29,916 nt of DNA, taken from the IMG/VR virus record IMGVR_UViG_3300032266_000608, positions 1-29,916 of that record. One strand, given 5' to 3'. How positions within the stretch are numbered: position 1 is the stretch's first letter; each line of letters begins with the position of its first letter. This stretch comes from a virus. Its lineage: Duplodnaviria; Caudoviricetes. Position numbers and translations under genes: made by a program. The notes beneath the pieces were generated by a model. The model was not told the DNA's origin, did no database searches, and worked only from the letters and a program-made list of their open reading frames with translations. Of this stretch, positions 22,867 through 29,916 are shown one piece after another.

Positions 22867-24522
22867 ATGTCAGCCATAGGGCAAGTTCCCATAGCTCCCG
22901 CTGTTGCGGCTCCAATACCCGTTGGGGCTATCTCCGTTTCATCATTAGCCGCCCTAACTCTGGCGCAGCAAGATACCATTGTAAGGGGAACTGTCGTAGT
23001 TACGGCAACTGGGTCTTTTGTGTATACAGGCTATGGAAGCAAGACATCATCGGCTAATTATGTAGTGCTAGTTGATACGGCCCAATTTGCAACCCTTGCA
23101 AATGTAGAAACACACCGACAAGACCAAGACGACGTACATGGGATTTATGACACGGCCTACTTGGCGTACAAAGAAGATAGCTCAAATATTTTTCACAGAA
23201 ACCTGCTTGGTTGGCCTTCTGGATCAATGACTAGCGCAAGGGGGACGGAACAAAGCTTCCATAACTACGGATCTTCTCCGACACTTTTTGACGGGACTGA
23301 GGGTTGGTCAACAACATCAAGGCCAATCTACTACGTTCCTATATTCATCAAAAATACTGCGTCGGTTGCGTTTAGCTTAAGGATTCCAGTAAAGAATTAT
23401 TCTGGATTCATCTCGGCCGCCCTATTTGCCGGCGATAACTACAACGGATCTACACAACCCACTTCGAATGGGCACATGACCCTTGTTCGCAATCTTGGAA
23501 CAAACCTTGTAGTAAACGCAGAGGATGAAACAGCCGTATTTACTCCAGCAACATTTGGAGTTAAAAGGGGCTGGCATTTTATAGCATTAAGCTTTACCAC
23601 GGATCCTACAGGGAAAGTCTACAGATCTATATACAGCCCTAACGGCCCAACACCCGCAGAGCAGATGTTCGGAATGCAGCAACGCAGATCGTTCATTGAG
23701 GATACAACTGAAAAGCAAAGAAGAATTGGAAGCGTAATCCGAAGAGTGGATGGCACGCCAACTTGGCCCCCAGATACATCTACAGCACCAAGACTTTTTA
23801 ATTATGTAGAGAACCCAGTAACCCCGAAGTTGATTTACCAATTTACCGGGCCAGATGGATCTGTCGCTGTTTCCAACACAAATAACACGAGGCCGTCATA
23901 CATGGAGCCGTCCATTGATTACAGTTCATACGCATATCCGTCAGTCCAAAGATTCAATGACGGAAGCCCACCATCATCACCAGCATTACTTAGCTTTGCG
24001 TCAGTAAGCGCGCAGGGTGGATATAACCTATTGGCATCTGCTGTCGCAGGGGCATACAACATAAATACAAGCACAAGGTTCCAAATAGATTTTTCGTCGG
24101 TAGCGCATAGAATTACCGAATGCAAATTTTATACGCGCTCAACAGCGACTGGTCCAACAAACATACAGACGTTCATTTACTCTGGTCTATCATCGCCATC
24201 AAGCGGATTAACTTCGAGCAATACCGCAGTTTCAACCACAAGCACTTGGCAAATTGCTTCCTTTAGTCCTGCAGGAATTGCACCGCTTTCTACATATACG
24301 CAAATACAAATAATTGGGTATGGGGGCACAGCAGCTGCGGCATCGGGAAACTGGCGAATTGACAATATTGAGATCCGTGGGACATATAAACACCCAGACA
24401 GTCCCGCAGACTGGTCTGGAATGAACTCCAGTAATCACTATTTTGGATTTAGTGAAGTTGTGCCATTATTTTACTGGGGATACAATAGTTTGGTTACTGC
24501 TGGAAGTTACTCAAACATATGA
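22867..24522 (+). CDS. putative virion/tail-associated beta-rich protein
   Basis: 551 aa rich in S/T/G/aromatics; own leaderless promoter TTGTAA-N17-TATAAA-N6-ATG; function inferred from composition only. Confidence 0.5.
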   Translation: MSAIGQVPIAPAVAAPIPVGAISVSSLAALTLAQQDTIVRGTVVVTATGSFVYTGYGSKTSSANYVVLVDTAQFATLANVETHRQDQDDVHGIYDTAYLAYKEDSSNIFHRNLLGWPSGSMTSARGTEQSFHNYGSSPTLFDGTEGWSTTSRPIYYVPIFIKNTASVAFSLRIPVKNYSGFISAALFAGDNYNGSTQPTSNGHMTLVRNLGTNLVVNAEDETAVFTPATFGVKRGWHFIALSFTTDPTGKVYRSIYSPNGPTPAEQMFGMQQRRSFIEDTTEKQRRIGSVIRRVDGTPTWPPDTSTAPRLFNYVENPVTPKLIYQFTGPDGSVAVSNTNNTRPSYMEPSIDYSSYAYPSVQRFNDGSPPSSPALLSFASVSAQGGYNLLASAVAGAYNINTSTRFQIDFSSVAHRITECKFYTRSTATGPTNIQTFIYSGLSSPSSGLTSSNTAVSTTSTWQIASFSPAGIAPLSTYTQIQIIGYGGTAAAASGNWRIDNIEIRGTYKHPDSPADWSGMNSSNHYFGFSEVVPLFYWGYNSLVTAGSYSNI

Positions 24523-24666
24523 GCCTTAACAGCAACAGCTCGGTTCGGGCGGCCAAGATAGGTGGACAACCACCTCAGTTGGGAAGTGAGGGCGTAGGTC
24601 CATACGCAGGCATGACTCAGTTATCTTGGGTGGCCCCCGCTCGGCCTGGCTGTTGCTGTTAGGGCT
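24522..24666 (+). ncRNA. putative structured RNA element
   Basis: 18-bp terminal stem, two further stacked stems and three apical hairpins fill the whole intergenic gap. Confidence 0.55.
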
Positions 24667-24918
24667 ATGATTCAGAGGATTGGCATGAGTCCAGATGACC
24701 ATAAGGCAATACTAGAGGTCAGGGAGAGAATCCTTGTTATGGAGGAACGCCAACGAGCAATAATGGCGATGTTGGAGCAAAGCCTAAGTAGATACGCAGA
24801 TTTACACAACAGGGTAACATCACTAGAAGCACTAAGACACAAGCTGTGGGGTATAGTAGCCGTAATAGGATTCTTATTTACTATTGCGTGGGAACTGCTT
24901 AAATCAAAGATCAAATGA
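24667..24918 (+). CDS. coiled-coil plus C-terminal TM protein (XhlA/holin-like)
   Basis: LWGIVAVIGFLFTIAW TM segment; alternative start ATG24685 has a GAGGA RBS. Confidence 0.6.
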   Translation: MIQRIGMSPDDHKAILEVRERILVMEERQRAIMAMLEQSLSRYADLHNRVTSLEALRHKLWGIVAVIGFLFTIAWELLKSKIK

Positions 24919-25133
24919 ACAAGGCAATACAACTGCTTGTTAGGGAGTTAAGCCTGCTACGAAGGGTTGTATATGAAGTCTCGGATATGGTTAGGGCATC
25001 TGAGAACAGGGTGAGCGATGAGGTTGGCGAATTTCACGCAGATCGGGTTGTTGACGCAATTAAGAAACTAAACGACTTCTACACGACAGAGAAACTACAA
25101 ATAGAAAAAATAAAGGAGGAGTTATGCAAATAG
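24915..25133 (+). CDS. hypothetical protein
   Basis: 72 aa, ATGA-coupled. Confidence 0.55.
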   Translation: MNKAIQLLVRELSLLRRVVYEVSDMVRASENRVSDEVGEFHADRVVDAIKKLNDFYTTEKLQIEKIKEELCK

Positions 25134-25303
25134 TAACATGGATAACATCAAATTGGGAGGCAGTAATCGCATTGGTTGGAGGAGTGGTAATTCTTGCGAG
25201 AGTTATTGTCAAACTCACGCCAACGCCAGCAGACGATAGCGTACTTGAGAAGGTGGTGAACTTTCTGAAGGGCGTTGGCCTCCACATCGACGAGAAAAAG
25301 TGA
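25124..25303 (+). CDS. putative holin (59 aa)
   Basis: Read by hand: MQIVTWITSNWEAVIALVGGVVILARVIVKLTPTPADDSVLEKVVNFLKGVGLHIDEKK; AAGGAGG RBS; one TM then TPTPxDD. Confidence 0.65.
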   Translation: MQIVTWITSNWEAVIALVGGVVILARVIVKLTPTPADDSVLEKVVNFLKGVGLHIDEKK

Positions 25304-25494
25304 TAGGGGCAATACTTGGACTTATAGCTGGCCTTGCTACGGCGATGGCTGCGTACTATAAGTACAAAAGCCTCAGACTTCCAAAGGACATAGAAGATGA
25401 TGCTAAAAAAGCCCGTGATGCTAGGCATCGCCAAATTGACGGCTGGCTCGGCCATGGTCGTCCTCCTGCTGGCGGGATGCGCGACGACAACTAG
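25300..25494 (+). CDS. putative inner-membrane spanin (Rz-like)
   Basis: N-terminal TM plus charged helix; overlapped by a lipoprotein gene. Confidence 0.55.
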   Translation: MIGAILGLIAGLATAMAAYYKYKSLRLPKDIEDDAKKARDARHRQIDGWLGHGRPPAGGMRDDN

Positions 25495-25651
25495 CCCAAT
25501 ATCACACAGCTACGACGCTCCTTCACGTCTTATGAAGGCCTGGGATGAGCAAGAACAAAAAAACGGCAAAGCTCCTTACTGGTCCAAGGCTTTGTTTGGC
25601 GAAGCGTTACATGAAATCGTGGAGCGTGACGCACAAATTGAATCGAAATGA
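25418..25651 (+). CDS. putative outer-membrane spanin lipoprotein (Rz1-like)
   Basis: VVLLLAG-C lipobox in a shifted frame overlapping the previous gene; exact start uncertain. Confidence 0.6.
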   Translation: MLGIAKLTAGSAMVVLLLAGCATTTSPISHSYDAPSRLMKAWDEQEQKNGKAPYWSKALFGEALHEIVERDAQIESK

Positions 25652-26250
25652 GACTCACGAACCCAAGGGCAGTAAGCCCAATAAGGTATAGCCCAAAAGT
25701 AGTATCCAAGCCAAGCAAGAGGCCATCATACACGAGGGAGCAAGCCAAGGCATTATTGTCCGATTTTAACCTGTCTAAAGAGCCTGTAGTAATACTTGGC
25801 TTCAGGGGGTACTACTTGGACAGCGTTGGAGAAAAGGGAAAGAACGACAGGGGTGTTTATGATGACGCAATTATTATAACCTCTGATAAGTGCCATTCTA
25901 CGTATAATGCAAATACCGACCCAAGTCTATATAAAAGTGGCATAGCCTCACTAGTCCCTGGAAAATACTTGTACAAGATTGGAGTCCACGGATTGTCCAA
26001 GCCAAAGGCACAGCAGTACGAGGCGTTAGTGCAGGCAGAACCTGTAATAGTGGCAAGGGATGACGGGCAGACCGAGGAGGGGTGGTTCGGCATAAATATC
26101 CACAAGGGATATAACACGACAACAGGATCTGCTGGATGCCAAACAATTGCACCCGACCAATGGCAGGCATTCATAGAAACGATAAAACAGCAATTAGTGT
26201 TTTACAAACGCAAGGTTGTGACCTATTTGTTATTAGACAAACAAGGGTAA
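25648..26250 (+). CDS. putative endolysin with L,D-transpeptidase-like Cys/His motif
   Basis: GINIHKG....GSAGCQ (H-x-G...S-x-G-C); lysis-cassette context. Confidence 0.7.
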   Translation: MRLTNPRAVSPIRYSPKVVSKPSKRPSYTREQAKALLSDFNLSKEPVVILGFRGYYLDSVGEKGKNDRGVYDDAIIITSDKCHSTYNANTDPSLYKSGIASLVPGKYLYKIGVHGLSKPKAQQYEALVQAEPVIVARDDGQTEEGWFGINIHKGYNTTTGSAGCQTIAPDQWQAFIETIKQQLVFYKRKVVTYLLLDKQG

Positions 26251-26252
26251 AA

Positions 26253-26990
26253 ATGAACGTAACCCGCAAATGGAGAAGATGGATGGCAGTAGGCTGTACG
26301 CACGCTGGCCACCTAGATTACAAGGCTTGGAAAGAGGTGCTCGCATTTAAGGAACGATGGAAGCCAGAAACAACTATCCACTTAGGTGATTTTTTAGATA
26401 CAAGTGCATGGCGTGCTGGGGCAAGGAATAGTCAAGACGACCCAGACAAAGGGGCATCGATATCAGACGATTACTTGATAGGAATATCACACCTCAAAGA
26501 ACTAGCACCCCAAGTTGTAATGCTTGGAAACCACGAATGGAGAGTATGGGAACTAGTCAGGAGTAGTTCAGCAATAATTGCGTATGCAGCGGAAGAGGGC
26601 GTTAAGTGCATCGAGGGTGCGATCAAAAAAATGAAAGCCAGAATGTTTGAGTACGACATCGAGAAGGGCGTGTTTGCTCTTGGTAATACATACTTTATTC
26701 ACGGGTATTCGCACGGGGAAGCGGCCGTAAGGGATGCCGTAGAGAGCTATGGAAAACCAGTAGTGATGGCACATTTGCATAGGCCAGAAATAGCCAGGGG
26801 AAGAATACTCGGTGCGCCGACTGGACTTTGCACAGGGACTTTAGCTAATATAGGGGCTATGGGCTATGCGAGAAGGAGACGAGCAACCCTCCGCTGGGGG
26901 CACGGATTCTGCTATGGGGAGTACGCCCATGATGCTTGCGTAAGTTGGCTTGCAACACCAACCAAAGGAGAATGGAGGCTTCCAGCATAA
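26253..26990 (+). CDS. calcineurin-like metallophosphoesterase
   Basis: GCTH, LGDFLD, GNHE, HG, AHLH motifs; ATG26253 follows the endolysin stop. Confidence 0.8.
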   Translation: MNVTRKWRRWMAVGCTHAGHLDYKAWKEVLAFKERWKPETTIHLGDFLDTSAWRAGARNSQDDPDKGASISDDYLIGISHLKELAPQVVMLGNHEWRVWELVRSSSAIIAYAAEEGVKCIEGAIKKMKARMFEYDIEKGVFALGNTYFIHGYSHGEAAVRDAVESYGKPVVMAHLHRPEIARGRILGAPTGLCTGTLANIGAMGYARRRRATLRWGHGFCYGEYAHDACVSWLATPTKGEWRLPA

Positions 26991-27283
26991 TGCTACACAG
27001 GTATCCAAAAGATAAGAACGAATGGACTAAGATACTCCACTCAGCACTAACTAACCAAGCTGTGAAAGTTCCGAAGGATTGGTTAACGTCGGATCAGGTA
27101 GGGGAAGAGATGGGAGTCAATAGGGCGCAAGCAACGAAATTCCTGAAGATGTTAAAAATGAAAGGTCTTGTCGAAATACAGTACTTTCGGATATGCGTTA
27201 ATGACGAATACAGCATCGTAAGGGAAGTGGCCCACTATAAGCTTTCTAAAAAAATAAGAAAAACATTGTTGACAGGGAAGTAA
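26990..27283 (+). CDS. winged-HTH protein
   Basis: LTSDQVGEEMGVNRAQATKFLKMLKMKGLV; TAATG coupling. Confidence 0.6.
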   Translation: MLHRYPKDKNEWTKILHSALTNQAVKVPKDWLTSDQVGEEMGVNRAQATKFLKMLKMKGLVEIQYFRICVNDEYSIVREVAHYKLSKKIRKTLLTGK

Positions 27284-27297
27284 CGTAACTCTATACA
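27269..27297 (+). promoter_or_regulatory. promoter of the scaffold/capsid operon
   Basis: TTGACA(27269-27274)-N17-TATACA, ATG 8 nt later. Confidence 0.55.
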
Positions 27298-27305
27298 AAT
27301 CAAAT

Positions 27306-28334
27306 ATGGCTGAGAATCCAAGTGGCGAAAAGCCCTTGCAAACAAGTCCCGAGTCGTCGCCGACTGCGGGAGTAACCTCTAGTCAACCCCGTGAGGACTT
27401 TTGGGCTACCGCAACTGCTGGTGGCGATCTTGAAAAAGCTCTTGCACAGGAGGCTGGCGTTGAGACATCGAAACCCACCGAACCAGAAAAGACTGAGGCA
27501 AAGGAAGAGCCAGTAGAGGCAGTAGCCGAAACTAGCGATGCCCAGCAAGCCGAGGATTCGAAGCCAGAGACTGCAGGCGATGACGAGGATTCAGACGAAG
27601 CTCCCTCCCGTGTAAGGTTAAACCTTAAAAACATGGGCGAGAATAGTCGGAAAGCCGCATTGTTGTTAAAGCAGGGAGTGCCGATTGAAGATATCGCAAA
27701 GGTTCTCGTTAATGAGAATCAAGCGGATCAGCAGGAGGCAGTATCAGAAGATTTCGAAGACCCTCAAATCACGGACGCACAGGAAAGCCTGCGTGTTGCC
27801 GGTGAAGAACTTGCTGAACTTACCAAGGGTGTTGAAGCTGATTACGATATTGCAAAAATCGCTAAACTCGGCCCAACCCTAAAGAAGTACTTGGACGCTC
27901 AAAATGATCTTCGAAAAGCTACGGATGAAGCCGTAGCAAGCCGAAATTACGAGTCCCAAGCCTCAAAGTCCAGAGAGCGTGCCTTATCTAAGTTTCCAGA
28001 GGCTGCCGACCCAGAAAGCCCGCTACGGCTTATGGTCATCGGCCTATGGAATAAGGCAAGCGACAAGGACAAGTCAGACCCAGCGTTCATTGAGGCTGTC
28101 ACCGACAAGGCGGCAACCCTATTGAGCATGAAACCTGTTTCGGAACGGGCTAAGAAGGATGTTTCAACGCCGCCCCCAGCAAAAGCAACTCAAAAAGCTC
28201 CAGCCAAGGTAGCTCCTCACGCAACGCCTGTTAGTGGCTCTGCCACTACGAGTGTTGCCCCAAGATCATCGGAAGAGGAGTTTTCAGAGGCCCTGACGGC
28301 TTTGTTGGGTAGCGATAAGCACCTACTTAGCTAG
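27306..28334 (+). CDS. putative capsid scaffolding protein
   Basis: Acidic, low-complexity, helical; immediately upstream of the capsid gene. Confidence 0.65.
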   Translation: MAENPSGEKPLQTSPESSPTAGVTSSQPREDFWATATAGGDLEKALAQEAGVETSKPTEPEKTEAKEEPVEAVAETSDAQQAEDSKPETAGDDEDSDEAPSRVRLNLKNMGENSRKAALLLKQGVPIEDIAKVLVNENQADQQEAVSEDFEDPQITDAQESLRVAGEELAELTKGVEADYDIAKIAKLGPTLKKYLDAQNDLRKATDEAVASRNYESQASKSRERALSKFPEAADPESPLRLMVIGLWNKASDKDKSDPAFIEAVTDKAATLLSMKPVSERAKKDVSTPPPAKATQKAPAKVAPHATPVSGSATTSVAPRSSEEEFSEALTALLGSDKHLLS

Positions 28335-28394
28335 GTCTAGCGATTGCTAGATCATTAAAGGCCTAAAAGCTCTTCTCCGAAAAGGAGAAATCAA

Positions 28395-29843
28395 ATGGCA
28401 TTAAATAATCTTACTGTCTCGACCTTCTCTGATTTGGTTGCAAAATACCCTAATGCTCGTCAGAAAATTTGGGCGGCGAAAGCCATCCAGACGACCAGCC
28501 GGGTCAATTTGTTTGCCAAAATGGAAGGTGCAGAAGGCAGCGGAAAACCCGTCGTCCGTAAGGATGACCTCAAAAAAACTCGTGGAGACAAAATTGTTTT
28601 CACAGTAGCGGCCCCTCTGGGCAGCCGTGCCACCCTCGGGGCCGAGACCCTGCGTGGAAGCGAAGAAACCCTGAAACTCGGAACCTTCGAACTGCAGATC
28701 GACTTGCGCCGTCATGCGGCCGGCTTGGATGACAAGCACCGGATGCTGACTGCTGTTGAGTTGGACTATATCATCGCCGAACAGCTTGGTGCCCACCAGG
28801 GCATGACCCAGCAGGACGACTTGATGATGATGTTCCGCCGCAAGGCGATCGTTTCCAACTCTCTCTTCGGTGGAAATAAGTCCGGCATCGCCGCTCTAAA
28901 GAGCGCAGACGTCGTGAACAAAACCATCGTTGAAACTGCTGGCGAGATCCTAAAGAGCCGTGGTGGTGAACCCGCCATGGTTCAGACCTACGGAGAACAG
29001 GACGTTCAGCGTTACTTCTATGTCAGCAGCCACACGGCTCTGAACAATCTACGTAACAGCCTTAACTCGGAGTACGGCTCTGCCGCTCCCCGTGAAGGTA
29101 AGAACCCCTTGTTCACAGGCGAGCATCTCGACTGGAACGGCCACATTATTGTCCCTCACCTGACTGTTGATCATGACGGCTACGGCCCTGTCGGCTCTCC
29201 GCTGTTGCCCAAGGCATTCCTTGGAACCGCAATTGCCGCTGGAACCACAGCTATCGACATCACCGGCGGGCGTGACTCTACTGGTGCTGCTCTCACTCGT
29301 CCGCTCTACTTCGGATTCTTCAACAACTATGACTACCTCTTCACCGAGGATCAGAGTGCTGTTTCCGATACGACGGATCGCTATGTCATCATCTATAACC
29401 TTTCTGGTGCTGATGCTGGCAAGTGGGGCTTCTATCGCTACCGCACAAACAACGGCAATAAGCTGACCATCCACAGCGCCGCCTCTCGTTTGGCCGCCGC
29501 CTCTTCTGGCGTTGCAGCCACGACTGTTGGCAACGTGACTTGGAGCAGCACCCTCAACACCGACGCTCACCCTGCTGGATCGCTCATCATCGAAGCGAAC
29601 AGCTACGGCGTTCCGATCGGCTATTCCTTGGTACTCGGCAAGAACGCCGCGTTCCGTGGATACGGCAATCCTCCGTTCAAACGGATCTCGGATGATGAGG
29701 ACTATGAGTTCAAGAAGGCAGAAGGATATCAGGTCTGTTACGGCCAAAGCCCTCTGTACGACACGAACAATGAGCCTCGCAACTATTCCTTGGTGACTCA
29801 CGCTGTGACTTACCCCGGAATCGTTCTGCCTACCATTTCCTAA
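28395..29843 (+). CDS. major capsid protein (DUF4043/N4 gp56-like)
   Basis: DDLKKTRGDKIVF...LRGSEETL...IDLRRHA; strong RBS AAGGAG; highly biased codons; terminator downstream. Confidence 0.85.
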   Translation: MALNNLTVSTFSDLVAKYPNARQKIWAAKAIQTTSRVNLFAKMEGAEGSGKPVVRKDDLKKTRGDKIVFTVAAPLGSRATLGAETLRGSEETLKLGTFELQIDLRRHAAGLDDKHRMLTAVELDYIIAEQLGAHQGMTQQDDLMMMFRRKAIVSNSLFGGNKSGIAALKSADVVNKTIVETAGEILKSRGGEPAMVQTYGEQDVQRYFYVSSHTALNNLRNSLNSEYGSAAPREGKNPLFTGEHLDWNGHIIVPHLTVDHDGYGPVGSPLLPKAFLGTAIAAGTTAIDITGGRDSTGAALTRPLYFGFFNNYDYLFTEDQSAVSDTTDRYVIIYNLSGADAGKWGFYRYRTNNGNKLTIHSAASRLAAASSGVAATTVGNVTWSSTLNTDAHPAGSLIIEANSYGVPIGYSLVLGKNAAFRGYGNPPFKRISDDEDYEFKKAEGYQVCYGQSPLYDTNNEPRNYSLVTHAVTYPGIVLPTIS

Positions 29844-29866
29844 TACTAGGAAACAAAGGTCTGGAC

Positions 29867-29913
29867 TAGGGGCGACTTGGTGTGCTATACATCGAGTCGC
29901 CCCTATCCTTTTT
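29867..29913 (+). terminator. intrinsic terminator
   Basis: TAGGGGCGACTTGGTGT/ACATCGAGTCGCCCCTA hairpin followed by a T-run. Confidence 0.8.
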
Positions 29914-29916
29914 ATG

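Noticed and set aside
24522-24666. tRNA or hammerhead identity for the structured element
   Set aside because: No T-loop GTTCRA or CCA geometry, and no CUGANGA/GAAA core on either strand
29049-29801. 250-aa antisense ORF inside the capsid gene
   Set aside because: Expected shadow of strong codon bias; no motifs
1-29916. Stop-codon reassignment, integrase, reverse transcriptase/DGR or transposase
   Set aside because: TAA, TAG and TGA all end intact genes in tightly packed operons; none of the relevant catalytic motifs was seen

Overview
A 29.9-kb segment of a tailed dsDNA phage (Caudoviricetes), probably infecting a Gram-negative host, since it has an overlapping spanin-like pair and lipoproteins. 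The left ~13 kb is a leftward early/accessory region: a C5 DNA methyltransferase, a minimal ATP-dependent ligase domain, a YubB/DUF1281-like protein, an amidoligase plus class II glutamine amidotransferase pair and many small ORFs. A ~1.7-kb non-coding divergence zone follows, with GC-rich and then extremely AT-rich, strand-skewed DNA. After it come terS, a small lipoprotein, terL and HNH; a leftward replication operon (RusA-like, O-like initiator, DnaC-like loader); a rightward recombination operon (ssDNA-annealing protein, DUF2800 nuclease); a putative virion protein, a lysis cassette, a phosphoesterase, scaffold and major capsid protein. The most notable observations are: (1) a ~80-nt small RNA with its own promoter and terminator whose unpaired segments are antisense to the start of a leaderless early mRNA and to the RBS of the replication initiator; (2) two enzymes (C5 methyltransferase and RusA) whose conserved motifs are split between two fully overlapping same-strand frames; (3) near-universal leaderless promoter-ATG geometry; (4) a clustered 9-mer AAATCACAC; (5) strong GCGC/CGCG/CCGG avoidance concentrated in the early region. 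All calls come from reading motifs by eye; no database searches were run.
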